Shown in pieces: positions 12,760-25,749 of a stretch of DNA of 64,000 bases (the stretch's first letter is position 1; each line of letters starts with the position of its first letter). Origin of the DNA: Vicugna vicugna (lineage: Eukaryota); contig MU058836.1 of the NCBI GenBank assembly GCA_013265495.1, positions 682,001 to 746,000 on the forward strand, written 5' to 3'. Under the pieces are notes generated by a model that saw nothing but the letters and a program-made list of their open reading frames with translations, made no database searches and was not told the DNA's origin. The translations under genes were made by a program, and so were the position numbers.

Positions 12760-14320
12760 TGCGGGGGATATGGTAATGTTGGTGAACTGACACACTCAAG
12801 TCATGCCGGAAGGGGTGTTGCCTTCATGGAGTATGAACCTAGCATTCGGCAGAGCCTGGGAGGCCGGTCAAAACTATCAACTGCCAAGTTACAGGGAAAT
12901 GAAAAGCCATCAAAACGAAGCACAGAAGCACCTCAAGTTGCTGGGAAATTTGAAACATAAAACACTTAGGGCACAAATGTTGAGGACAGAAATATGATAC
13001 GAAAATGGAACGACTAGGTATACACAGTGGGAGAAATTCTTCATTTCAGGGCCGCAGCTTCAAATGCAGGAATGACAGATATTTGACTAAGAATGGAGCA
13101 CATTTTTCAAAGACCGAAAAGAATGTGTTTAGTCAGAGAGCAGCTCATCTGGCCAAAGGGCTGTAAATGGAAAACAGATGGGAAGGGAGGGGGAAAAAAA
13201 AAACACCTAGATAAAACTGAAATGGATTTCCACGGATGACATTAAGGAAGGCCTGGGAAGAATTTCAACAGTGAGGGAGGTGCCGAGTGACTCAATGAGA
13301 GCACAATTGGGAAGGACATCAGAAACAAAACGTAGGCAGCAGACGTCCAGATACCAGGCACGGAACATAGTAACCTTGAGATTATAGCACAGGGTGGCAA
13401 ACAAGGCCTCACAGATACCAGGAGAGTTGGCGGCATGGAACAGGTCCATGGGAACACAGTCACAGGAGGGTGTGCCGTGCACAAAAGACCCATTGAGAGG
13501 AGACGGAGCAGCCCTGCAGGCTGTGATAACAATAGATTCAGAGGACTCCGTGAGCACTTGGAGGAAGATGAAAGGAGAGAAGAACAGAAGTGATGTTTTT
13601 ATGGAAACCGAGCTGAACCACATGGGGGAAAGCCACAAAGTTGGCAATGCACACACGTTGGGGATAACATTCTGGATATTTCATTCAGATAAAGGCAGAG
13701 CTTTTCACTTGCCTTCCTAACAATTTCATGTCCTAGAAGTAGAGGAAGGAATAAAAATAACTGTGCTCTGACTGATTCCAACCAATGGGAAGAAGCCATT
13801 TGTCAGAGTGGAAGGGATGAGACCCTGGGAGAACATGGCATGTCATCTTCAAGGGACAACAAGAATGAGCTGGATGAGATATGTTACAGAGGACTTTAGG
13901 AAACTAGACTTCAAAATATTTTAAGAAAAAACAGGCATAATTCCACAAGTTTCCAAAAGAAGAAAGTACCAGCAGGTGCTCAGAAGCATGACTTTGGACA
14001 TTATCAACAAGGAGAAAAGAAGTGGGGACATTCTTTAAGAAATTAGCACAATGGCACAGAGCTCTTTAAACTAAAATACAGAATGAACATTCAAAAAGGA
14101 AGAGGCAAATGCTAACTCTATGAGAGTGACACAGAACCACACAAAGCATGCAAAATGGTAAGGACCAGAGAATGTGCTATGGGACCAAGGGAATTATGGT
14201 AATGGATGGCGGAAAGGATATGTTGTTTCTCAGATTTCTCTTTTAGGCAGCTGTGGAGCTGAAAAGACAAAAGCGGATAAGAGTATGTTGAAATTCAAGC
14301 TTGGGGAAGATGTTACTGAT
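12760..14320 (+). mobile_element. CR1/L3 LINE fossil with the ORF1 C-terminal part and the ORF2 endonuclease region
   Basis: Broken peptides RKGCCLHGV (12807), KNGAHFSKTEKNVFSQRAAHL (13089), STWRKMKGEKNRSDVF (13553), FTCLPNNFMS*K (13704) and DFRKLDFK (13892), collinear with CR1 ORF1 and ORF2 motifs. Confidence 0.8.
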
Positions 14321-14809
14321 CCTTTTTGAAATCTAACCTGGGATCAAACTTGGTGGTCCCCACTCTGTGGGTCAAGTGGCATTCATGCATCTATCTTCAC
14401 ACTTTCTTCTTCCTGAGTATTACTAATAAGCATGTTAGCAAGTTGATCCTCAATTTTTTGCAAGAGCCTGGGGGTATCACTCTTTTGGATCAGAAGAATT
14501 GATTCCATTTGGGTCACCTGCATATTTTTATTATCAGAGTTTTTAAAACCGAAATGAGGTCTAGTTCAAGGCTTAACATTAGCTAAATAGCTACAGAAGG
14601 ATGGTTTCTAGAGCCCTCAGTGTGATCCTAGTTATATCTCGAGGCAAAGAAATCTTAATTATGGTATTGCACCCTTACCAACATAAATTGAAATGTGTTA
14701 AGAGTTTTGTTAAGAGTTGTCTAGAATGGTTTCTCTTAGAGGAACTTGGAAAAAGAGTGTCATTGTCTTTTACAACAATTATGGCATTAGTCCATAATCA
14801 ACACGTCAT

Positions 14810-15040
14810 TTTATGAAGTTCAAGAACAGGCAAAACTGATCTGTGGGAAGAAAAATCAAAATAGTGGTTGCTGGAATAGACAGGGGGCAGGGGTAGAATG
14901 GAAGAGGGTCCGCAGTGACCCTCCTAGGATGATGGCATACTCAGCTGGAATACTGGTTACATGGATATATGAACTTGTCAAAACTCATCAAACTGTCACT
15001 GTCGCTGTATGCAATCATGCCTCTAAAAAATACATAAAAA
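14810..15040 (+). mobile_element. L1ME-type 3' end
   Basis: aagttcaagaacaggcaaaactgatctgtgg...gtcaaaactcatcaaactgt. Confidence 0.7.
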
Positions 15041-15889
15041 GTATGTAATAACTCTGGGCAGTAGTAGGAAGTGAAAAAAGAATGATTTTCTTCCATGACC
15101 TGACAGTAATCAAATGAAGTTAACATTGTCAAGGAATCAGAGAAAAGCAGCCTCACAGTTTGAGATTAGCAGTGCTCTCCAAGTAGATTTAGGGAAAAGT
15201 TAGTCTTACCAACACCCTTGACCTGTTAATTTCCTATTGGCAAAGTGTTCCTATTGGGGAAGACGGGGATCACTACCCTGTACCCTAGTTTCATTGGAAC
15301 CAAGTACCACTGGTCCCCAAACTTCCATGCACATAAATACCATCTTGGATGCTTGTCAAAAATGCAGACTCTGGGTCCATACCTGGAGATTTTGCTACAG
15401 TAAATCTAGGTTAGTGTCTAGGAATTTCCATTTATGAACATCCTTGGTGAGACTGATATAGGTAATAGATGGACTTATACTTTGAGAAACACTTCATTGG
15501 ATAATTAAATCACAAACTAGTTCCTAGTTCCTCTAATTTCAGGCTCCCCAGGTAACCTTCTGATAAGAAAGCCTTTTTCCATGCCTTCACAAAGAAAATA
15601 CATCGCTTGTATCAGTATATGTATTCCAGCCCATGTGACAGAACTCTTTCCTGTTCTAAATAATACATAGGCATGGTTTTGTCCCTCAGTCTGATGGACT
15701 TGATGAATATTGGTTTGTCCCTTATAAATGGATGTGCTTACCATGTGATACTGGAAAACCAAACTTCTGGGATTGAGGGACAGAAATGTAAAATATTTAT
15801 GCCCAATTTACCAAGATAAAGGGTATTGACAAAATTCCCCTCTTAAAAGAAATTCTATGCCTGACATCATTATGGTTGTTATGTTCTTT

Positions 15890-16150
15890 TTCTTTGCTTA
15901 AATTAATACACTTAATTTTTTTCAGAGTAGTTGTAGGTTCACAGCCACACTGAGTGGGAAGTACACAGAGTCTCCATACATCCCCTGTCCTCCCACACAC
16001 ACCCCCTCTCCCATCATGGACGTCGTGCAGCACAGCGGTGCACTGTTATGACCAGCAAACCTGCAATGACACAACATTTTCACTCAAAGTCCACAGTATA
16101 AATTAGGGTTCACGCTGTGTTATACATTCTACGAGTTTTAACAAGTATTA
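15890..16150 (-). mobile_element. L1MC/MD-type 3' end
   Basis: tttcagagtagttgtaggttcacagc...caaagtccacagtataaattagggttcac. Confidence 0.7.
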
Positions 16151-16489
16151 TGTTCTTTTAAGAGATTAAGCTTAACATAGAAATAGAATATTTCCATGTT
16201 AAACTTAATTCAACAAGTGTTTCAATAATTTGTGTTGTGGTTAATTTTCCTAATTCTAAATAAATATTCATTATTGACATTTTGGAAAAATGAAAACATT
16301 TAAAAGCCACAAGTTACGTTACTCCCCCGGGATAAACACTGTGAGCATTCTGATTCTTTTTTTTTTCTTTAAGTCATTATTTGGTCTTTATGTACCTGTA
16401 TTTATTGTGGTGGTGGTGGCTTATTTCTTTACAAAACTGGGATTAAACATTTCCTAACATTGTATCATTGTACCATATTTTAACAGTAT

Positions 16490-16712
16490 TAACTCTCCCC
16501 TGCTCTGATTTTTCCTTCTTAGCATTTATTGCTACCTGACATAATGTATTTGTTTGCCTTCGTATTTCCTGTTTTCTCCTGACTGTGTGTTCCAGGAGAG
16601 CAGTTGTTCCAGAAGGGGGTTCTGTTCACTGTGAAAACCCAGCACCTATAACAGTGACTGACACATTAGTTACTCAATACACATTTGCAAGATGAATGAA
16701 TAAATGAATGAG
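16490..16712 (+). mobile_element. L2 3' end
   Basis: tctgttcactg...cccagcacctataacagtgactgacaca, ending in a gaatgaataaatgaatg tail. Confidence 0.75.
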
Positions 16713-16749
16713 TGGCATTTTATTGTGTCAGTAAATGCTTCAAAATCAT

Positions 16750-18110
16750 GATTTACAATGATTAAGCAATTCTATCAAATGTATACAGTGTAATTTGTTG
16801 AACATTCTTCTACTGATCCACTGATCCACAGTTGAGCTAGCTCCACCTTCTAATTTTTTACTATTATAATTAATGAGGATGTATAAATCTTATTTATAAA
16901 AGGGAGTTCATATTTCTTATATCTCCTTAGAACTAATACCTAAAAGTAGAGTTATTATGTCAAAAATTATAAAAATCTTAAAGACCTTTTCAGATATTAC
17001 CAATAACTTTCCAGGAATATTGCAATTAATACATCTATAAGCACTGTAGGAAAATGCACGTCTCTTTGCATCTTTGTTAATATTGAGTACTGCCATTTTA
17101 TTTTAAAAAATCTGGCCAATTCAGTAAGTCAAAAATTATATTTCTTTGATGTCTGAACTGCTTAATAAAATAACAACAATAAAGGATTTTATCTTATATA
17201 TCCAAGATTACTGAACACTTTTTCTTAATCATTCGCTTTTTTATTTTGTTCATGGTTTTTTCAAAAAGACTTGTTATTGATTTTGATGCTATTAAGTCCA
17301 TCTATTCCTTTGCAATTTCTTCCATTATTTTTGTGCTTAGAAGAGTTTTCTCCATTTTGAGATAAGAGAAATACTCACCTCTACTTTTAGCTAATTATTT
17401 AAAGGTTTTTCACGTATAATTCATTCATCCATTTGGAATAAATTTCAATCTATGATGTGGTATATAAATCTATTTTTTTCTATTTAGTTCATTAATGATT
17501 CCAGTATAATGTAGTTGAGTAATTTTCTTTTTCCTTACTTATCTGGGTTATCACTTTCATCACATAATTTTTTTTTAACATGGAAGAGTCTGTTGTGGAG
17601 CATTCAGATCTGTTCCATTGATTCATTTGTTTATTTTAGTTCACTAGTATTCCTTGTTTGACATCTTCCAACTTATTAAGTTTAAATATTTATTAAGTCA
17701 TGTGACCTCAAATATCTTCTCTATTTGGGAAGTGCCACATGTGATAACTGATATCTCATGTTCTTTTCACTTGTGTTGAGTTGAATACTAGTGAAATATG
17801 ATGCTTTTTTAAATGTGTGCACATTGACCACTTTGGTTTTTCCTTTGTTTATTGCCTATCTATATCAATTTTCTATTAGACTATTTAATTTTTAGTTACT
17901 AATTTGTAAGTGTACTCTATTAATTAGAGACATTAATGTAATACATGGTTTATTTTTGTCTTTATTTTAGTTCCACTCTTTTTCATGCATGAAGTTAGCT
18001 GGAGCACTGGCTCCTTTCCATAACTGGCCTAATTTCTGCAGTAGAAGCTTCCTATTATTGAAACATCCATTCTTCTCCCACCGATATGAACTTGTACCAC
18101 ATTCTGCTTA
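16750..18110 (-). mobile_element. Degraded L1M fragments
   Basis: T-rich, with L1 antisense motifs (atacctaaaagtaga, tctgttccattgat, ccatttggaataaattt). Confidence 0.55.
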
Positions 18111-18929
18111 TATGGACTAGCGGTTAATAGTGAAAACTCTGGGATCAGACCGCCACTGCTCTCTTCATCACTGTTGTCTATGAGTTAGAGGGTGAGTTGG
18201 AGCAGTGGCCTTCAGCACATGGTAAATGGCACATAAGTGACAGCTGTTATTACTGCACTGGCTAAATGATCTCTCCTGCTGTGTTTTTGCTCATCTTCAC
18301 ATCCTGCTTCATTCTGCAAGATCATGCTCTGTAAGCCTTGACCTTGGCTCTCTGAATATTTTCAGCTACTCACCCCCCCAGAGACAGTTTGGAAACTCTC
18401 TCAAGTGAGATAAATGGAGTCCTCCAAATTCTTTGCTTTGATGCCTTCCCTCACTGCTTAAAAAAATTGCCAACTATTCCCATGTCTGGCCTTGTAATAT
18501 TAGGGATGCTGTGGGAAGTTATTGTGGAGGTGACATGCTGAACTTATCAGGACATGCTCAATTTACCATGGCAGCCTGAAGGGGCAATGAAGTCATCAAA
18601 CTCCTTCCTGCCCAATCCAGGAGCTGGTTGTGGCAACAACCCACCCCTCGCTTCCCAGCCCCCTTAGCCAGCAAGCCTAGCAAAATGAAGACTCCCAACT
18701 CCTGAGGTCCTTCAGTTTCAAGCCACCCACACCTTTGCATCTCAGGTCTGGCTCCTGATAGCATTGCCTCTGCTCTGAGCTTGGAACTCATATAGGAAAA
18801 TCCACCTGTGTTTGTTTTCCTGTCAGTCCATTTCCAGATGCTTGATAGCTTCTAGAATGATAGCCGACTATGGATCAAGTCCAAATTTCATGGCTCTCAT
18901 GTTTATTCATGTTTATTAATTTATTATGA

Positions 18930-19890
18930 TCTCTCACGATGCTAAGTGTTGACTGGGTTCAGCTGAGTGGCTCTTCTCCTGGTGCCACGTTAGGTCTCCC
19001 ATGCAGTTACACTCAGACTGTTACGCTGTGGGGGACATCCAAGATGATGTCTCCTCTCACACATCTGGCCCCCTGGTGCTTCTCCAAGAGGCCATTCTCT
19101 CCATCCTCAGGGGTATCTTCCAAGGTCATTCCGCATGACCTCTCTCCACAGTATGGTAGTTAGACTCCATACATGGTGGCCAGCTTGCAAAAGTGCAGGG
19201 GACCAAAATATGCCACTGATACAAGGATAATATTGAGCTGAAGGCAAACAAGAATTGACAAATGCAGAAAGACACCTTCCTGGAGCTTCCCCGGCAGCAG
19301 AAGCTTCTGAGAAATGAGGGCTGCCATACTCCCTCTCTCAGGGAAGCTTCATGCCGTGCAAAAGACAGAAAGTCAACACTGAGATGAACCTGCACAAACC
19401 AACCTCACTCCATTAGTCTCCCCTGTATATTTACTGTCCCCCCGTCTGTTACCCTTGGAAGCCTAAAGCCCTTACCCTTGGTCCTGTCACTTCTCTACAA
19501 ATATATTGTCCTTTGCCAAAATGCCACATATGCCCAAGTTCTAACCACTTGGAGTTCTAACCACTCCTTTGAACTGCTCATCACTGAGCAGATGTAGAGT
19601 GCATGTGTTAACAAAATTATTTTTTCTCTTGTTAATCTGTTTTTAGTCAGTCTAATTGGCAGGGCCCCCATCAATGAACTTACAATGGATATAGAAAAAA
19701 GTTTTTCCTCCCCTATAAGTGTAAAAGAGGAAGCTGCCAGGACTTTTAAAGGCTTAGATATAAAATGGCCCAGCACTACTCTTGGTATTCTGTTTGCTAA
19801 AGTCCAGCTTCATCATGGGCAGGGAACTACACAAGGACCTGGGTACCAGTGAGCCTGGTTCACTGGGAACATTTTTGTGTAATTATCACA
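18930..19890 (-). mobile_element. MLT1-type LTR split by a MER34-like LTR
   Basis: gttgactgggttcagctgagtggctcttc...catccaagatg...acatggtggccagcttgc resumes at gtaaaagaggaagctgccagg after the insert. Confidence 0.65.
19194..19717 (+). mobile_element. MER34-like ERV1 solo LTR
   Basis: Starts tgcaggggaccaaaatatgccac and ends ttcctcccctata, giving inverted ends; contains ttttctcttgttaatctgtttttagtcagtctaatt. Confidence 0.75.
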
Positions 19891-20694
19891 TCATCTTCTT
19901 GGTTTTCTAGAGCTCTTACGGTTTTTCTTAAACTGGATTATTTCAAAAAGATTTTGAGGAGAGAAAAATGGTGAATTCCTAGCTGTAATTCATCATCTTC
20001 AAAGTGTAAGTCGAGTATTTGTTTTGAAAATGGCTACGTAAATTATTTTTTAGTATTTACGTCATTCTCTTTTTAAATATATGTGTTATTTAATACCTTT
20101 ACAATAATCTTTTCATTCTCCAACTCTCTCAATATCACTTAATTGAAAAAATAATTTTTCCTTTGACAATGAGATCCCTCAGAATAAGAATATATCTAAT
20201 TCCTTAGTTCAATAAACATTTTAAATGCCTATTATGTGTTAGGTCCTACAATTAGGGTACAGACTGACTAATATTTTTAATCTAATTCAGTGGTCAGGAA
20301 CTGCAAAGCATTTTCCTAAGGGTATTAAGCTCCTGTCAAATGCCTGGTACTGAAGGGGCAGAAAGGATTATAAGACACAGTGCTGTCCTCCAAGGGCCTT
20401 CTTGCAGTAATGAAGATTATCAAATGTAATAAAAACGAACATCTAATATCCACGTGGAAAAGAATGAAACTGAACCCTTGCTTAACACCATATACAAAAT
20501 TAACTCAAAATGGATCAAAGACCTAAACATGAAATCTGAAATAATAAAACTTTGCGAAGAAAACAAGGAAAGCTTCATGACACTGGAGTTGGCAATGGCT
20601 TCTTGGATATGACACCAAAAGCACAGGCTACAGAAGAAAAAATGGACAAACTGGACTTCACAAAAGTCAAAGAATTCTGTGCACCAAAGGACAC

Positions 20695-21191
20695 TGCTGT
20701 GGTCTGGACGTATGTGTCCCTTCAAAACCTAACTCACAAACGGGTGACACTAGGAAGTGGGGCCTTTGGGAGGTGATTGGGTCATGAGGGTGCAGCCCAG
20801 TAGGATGAGACTAGCGCCCTGAGAAAAGGAACTCCAGAGAGATCCCTCACCCCTTCCACCATGTGAGGACACAGCAAGAAGGCAGATATAAATGCGATAT
20901 GGCCTTCACCAGGCACCGAATCTGCTGGTCCCTTGATCTTGGACTTCCTAACCTCCAGAATGGTGAAAAATAAATTTTTATTGTTTAGAAACTGCCTCGT
21001 TGGGGGGAGGGTATAGCTCAAGTGGTAGAGCACATGCCCAGCATACACAAGGTCCTGGGTTCAATCCCCTGTACTTCCTCCAAAAATAAATAAATTATCC
21101 CCCCAAAATAAACAAACAAATAAATAAAAATAAATAAAAACTGCCTAGTTTATGGTAATTTTTTTTATAGAAGCCCAACTAGACTAAGACA
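20695..21191 (+). mobile_element. MLT1A-type MaLR LTR inside the L1
   Basis: tgctgtggtctg...ggggcctttgggaggtgattgggtcatgaggg...gactaagaca. Confidence 0.85.
21002..21137 (+). mobile_element. Camelid-type tRNA-derived SINE (Vic-1-like)
   Basis: ggggagggtatagctcaagtggtagagc...ggttcaatcccc (A and B boxes), A-rich tail, 13-bp target duplication aaactgcctcgtt/aaactgcctagtt. Confidence 0.9.
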
Positions 21192-23351
21192 GTATGAATA
21201 GAATAAAAAGGCAACTCACAGGAGAAAATAACTGCAGATCATATATCTGTTCAGGGATTAACACCCAGAATATATAGAGAACACCCAGAACTCAACAACA
21301 AAAAAACAAAGAACCCAATTCAAAAATGAGCGAAGGACTTCAATAAATGTTTCTCCAAAGAAGATATACAAATGGCCAAAAAGCACGTGAAATGACGCTC
21401 AGCACCACTAATCATCACGGAAATGTAACTCAAAACCACAATGTAATACCACTTCACACCCATTACGATGGCTATTAAAAAAATTGTTCTGGTGAGAATG
21501 TGGAGAAGCTGGAAGCCTCGTGCCCTGCTGGTAGGAGTGTAAAATGGTGCGGCCACTATGAAAACCAGTATGGCAGTTCTTCCAAAAGTTAAACATAAAA
21601 TTACAATCTGAGCCAGTAATTCCACATCTGGTTACACACCCAAAAGGATTCAAAGCAGAGATCTGAACAGATATTTGCACACCCATGTCCACATCATTAT
21701 TCACAACAGACAAAAAGTGGAAACAACCCACATGTCTACTGGCAGATGAATAAATAAAGTGTGGTCTATACATATAATGGAATATTACTCAATCTTACAA
21801 AGGAGGGAAGTTCTGATACATGCTACAACATGGATGAATGTTGAAGAAATTATGCTAAGGGAATAAACTAGACACAGAGGGACAAATATTACATGATCGC
21901 ATTTATATGGGATACCTAGAGTAGTCAAATTCATAGAGACAGAAAGCAAAAGGGTTGCTAGGGATAAGGATGGAGCAGGGGTGGAGGAAGAGCAGAACAG
22001 GGAGTTACTGTTTAATGGATAGAGTTTTAGTTTGGGATGATGAGAAAGTTCTGGAGATGAACAGTGGTGATGGTTGCACAACAATGTGAATGTACTTAAC
22101 GTCCCTGAATTGTATATTTTAAAATGATTAAAATGGCAAATTGCATGTTACATATTTTTACCACAATAAAATAAACGCATAAAACAGAAAGCGATAAATT
22201 CTGTAAGAAAGGCGCAAGGAACATTTCCCTAGGCTTTTCCTCAGACATCATATCTAAAATTTCAATCCCTCTTCCACTCTGATACTTCTTACTCCCCACC
22301 TCTGCTTTCTCTGTTCTTATCACTATTTAATAGTTTATAAATGCAACTTTATTTATTTTTCTTGTCTGCTTTCCCCCTTTGAATGTAAGCTCCATAAAGG
22401 TAGAAATTTTTGCCTAATTTGTTCATTGCTGTATCTGTAGTGACTAGAACACATAGTTAATGCTTGATAAACATTTGTTGAATGAGTAGATAAAATGATG
22501 AGGGACTTGAGAGGAAGGAAAAATGATTTACTGAGCAGTTGAAGGAAATCTTCAAAGAGAAAATGGATATTACATGTGACTTTAAGGATGAACAGGATTT
22601 CAACTCTTGTGAGGCAGGAGTGGTGTGCCCATCAGACTGGGGGGAAAAAATTACAGAACATATAAAGTGTTGGCCTAGGGGCAAGGGAAACTGATACTCT
22701 TAAACAGTATTGATAGGAACATACATGGCAATTTGGATAGAATTTTGGTAGAACCTATTAAATTTAAAACCCAGCAATCTCACTTCTTTGCATCTTTCAT
22801 AGAGTAATTCTCAGATGTGCACAGAGGCAGGAAACTGAGGCATACTTAGAAGGATTAAGCAACTTGACCAGAGTCATCTCATAATGCATGTGCAGATTAG
22901 AAGTTAATATACAAGGCATTTCGAAAAGGACCTGGACACATAATAAGCACTATATAAACATGGGCCCACATTACTATTTATTGGCTAATTGTACTTTTTC
23001 AATGAATTTTCTGTATAAACTTTTTGTTTTTGCCTAAGTGGGTTATATAATGCTTTTCTTTTCAGTTTGTATGAGTAATTTATATATTAAAGATATTCTA
23101 TCTGTCACATGTTGGAAGTATTTTTCAGTTTGTTGCATGCTTTTTATTCTGTTTACATTGTTGTGACATGATGATATAATGAAATCTTCATGTAGTCAAT
23201 TCCATTGTGGGTATTTTTTAAGCTTGGATATTTGCTGCCAGTCAGAAATCTGAAAAATATTTGCTTCTTATTTATTCTGTTTCTGTAGTCTGACTTTTTA
23301 TATTTACTAATCAATCCATTTGGAGTTGATGTTAGCGTACACAGACGTTTC

Positions 23352-23793
23352 TGTATGAGTTTCCTATGGCTGCTGTAACAAATTACCACAAACTGGGTGG
23401 CCTGAAACAACAGAAGTGTATTGCTTCTCAATTTTGGAAGCTGGAAATCCACAAGTAAGATGTTGGCAGGGCTATGCTCTCTCTGAAGGCTTTAGGGGAA
23501 GATGCTTCCTTGTCTCTTCCTGACTCTGCTGGTTGCTAACAATTCCTGGCACTCCTTGAATAGTGGCTGCATCACTCTGATCTCTGCCTCCATCGTCACA
23601 TGGCATTCTTCCCTGCATCTGTGTCCATCTCTCTTTTTATAAGGACACCAGTCACTGGATTAGGGTCCATTCTAATCTTGTATGACCTCATCTTAACTGG
23701 ATTATGTCTAGTTCCCAGTATGGCAACATTCACAAGTACTGGGGGTTAGGCCTTAAACATATCTTTTGGGGAGACACAAGTCAACACATTACA
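23352..23793 (-). mobile_element. MLT1B/C-type solo LTR
   Basis: tgtatgagtttcctatggctgctgtaacaaattaccacaaac...aacacattaca; target duplication gtttc/gtttg. Confidence 0.88.
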
Positions 23794-24018
23794 GTTTGTA
23801 AATAGCTAATCAATTATTCTACTACTAACACTTTTTCCTATTAAAGATTCTTAAAATGACCTTTAACTGTACCATCAGATCCTAAATTAAATGGGTATAC
23901 ACTGCAGTCTCAGGCTGTCATTTTTCACTCTACTCTGTTTCTCACACTAATATGAGAGGCGATGTATCTTTAAGTGGCTTACAATCATTTTTGATAAGTA
24001 GTTGAACGTGATGACTTT

Positions 24019-24146
24019 AAAAAAAATTGGGGGGGGTGGTAATTACGCTTATTGATTTATTTTTTTAATGGAAGTACTGGGGATTGAACCCAGGACCTCG
24101 TGCACACTAAGCACACACTCTACCACTGAGCTATACCCTCCTCCCC
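24019..24146 (-). mobile_element. Camelid-type tRNA-derived SINE
   Basis: ggggattgaacccaggacctcg...tctaccactgagctataccctcc; flanks tgatgacttt/tgatgccttt. Confidence 0.9.
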
Positions 24147-25749
24147 ATGATGCCTTTTTTAAATGTCATGTAATGCAACAATACAGCCAAATTACTTCCC
24201 TCTGCCAAAAACCTGTACTCAGACCAGCAGAGTCTTCTTCATTCCTAACTTTCTCAGAGCCACTGGTTTTGTCATGAAAGCTGCGTGGAAGAGTAGGAGG
24301 CACTGTTTTTGCTGTTCAGGAGCACACCCCCTATTCACAGCCCCTGTGCAGTTTTTTGTTTGTTTGTTTGTTTTATTTTATTTTTACCTAAACTAAAGCA
24401 TGGGCTACAACTACTTTACAGTAATTTGGAATTGGCAATAAGCAATGAGACAGACTGGGAATACCAATGGGATCTAGAAACCATGCTTTTAGTATCTGAT
24501 GTATCAGTGGGACAACTGCTGTCTGAACTTCCAACACTTTGGGTCCTGCGGCTCTTCTTAATTAATATACAGTAACAGCTCTACAAAACACAGGCAGGCC
24601 TGTATTGCAGAACTACAAATCATGAACATCGGGGGAAAAGAAACCCATACTTTCCATTTAAAGTTAAAGAAAATTTTTTTAATGCTCTAAAGTTTCTTTA
24701 CAGAAGTCTATAGGATTATATTAATTTATTCATAGTTTCCTTTATGACAAGACAATATAATTCTAAAACAATTTTCAGGACATTGGAGCAACACATAGAT
24801 TAGATAACCTATGTGAGACAGACAGAGTCCTGAAAAGATGCTGGGTTCCTGCATCCATCTCCCACCCCATCCAGACCCAACCAAGCCTCATTGTCTTCCT
24901 GGAACCTGCCTCCATCCCAGCACAAAACTGAGTTCTCTGACTTGTTTATTTCTCCTAGTGACCTTCTGAGGGCAGAGATTCAGAGATTCGTCCAACAAAG
25001 GTAGGGCCTAGCATGCAACTGCTTCCCAACAAATATTGGAGAATAAATGACAATAAACTAATTAACAGATAAACATGATTTCAACAAAAAAAAGCCAGCT
25101 ATGCTTTTTAACTCAAAAGACAAGCCAGATATACTTGAAATAAAGCATGTTTTGAAATCAGCGTTAGCTAGTAATGAAAAAACCTGTTGACAAAGAAGCC
25201 TGAATTGGGGGGTGGGGGGAGGAGAACAAACTGTTTAAACATATTGAACTTGAGCAAAAGATCTATTTCACAATTTATTGCTAACAATTTTTTCTACTCC
25301 CTCTTGCAAAATTAATGAGAAAATCAGTTCAAATAAAAAACAAAAAGAATGTTGGGTTGTGTAAACGATACTGTTTAAACATGAAACATGTGAATACCAG
25401 GCCTTTGCCCCAGTGGCTGGCTGGCTGACTGCACCACTAAATCAACTTTCAAATCCCAGTTAGATAGCTAAGCTGAGAGAAGTAGTTTCAGACATATTCA
25501 TGTAGTATGTATACGAGTTGGAATTGCAGAAGTTAAGAACCACTTATATGGTTAGCTGGCTTTCCAAAAGTTTGTAACAAATTGTAAACTCACCAGCAAA
25601 CTATGAAAACATTTTCCCCAAACACTTTTGATATTATCGGAGGTTACTGTGTAACTGTTCATTTTAATACGTAACAATACCACTTTGTTTTAATTTGCTT
25701 TTTTTGATGAGTGGCTAAGTTTTCCTTTCATGATTGAGTTCTTTCTCTG

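Larger units (their letters stand above)
20440..22175 (+). mobile_element. L1MB-type element (ORF2 end plus 3' UTR), interrupted at 20695-21191
   Basis: Clear L1 text: acaccatatacaaaattaactcaaaatggatcaaagacctaaa; ttctccaaagaagatatacaaatggcc; ends with aataaaataaa. Confidence 0.92.

Noticed and set aside
13207..13720. 149-aa and 108-aa ORFs as novel genes
   Set aside because: They lie within the CR1/L3 fossil, whose motifs are spread over several frames with stops.
21002..21075. Possible tRNA gene
   Set aside because: The tRNA-like head continues into an A-rich tail with a target duplication and has three similar copies in the window, so it is a SINE.
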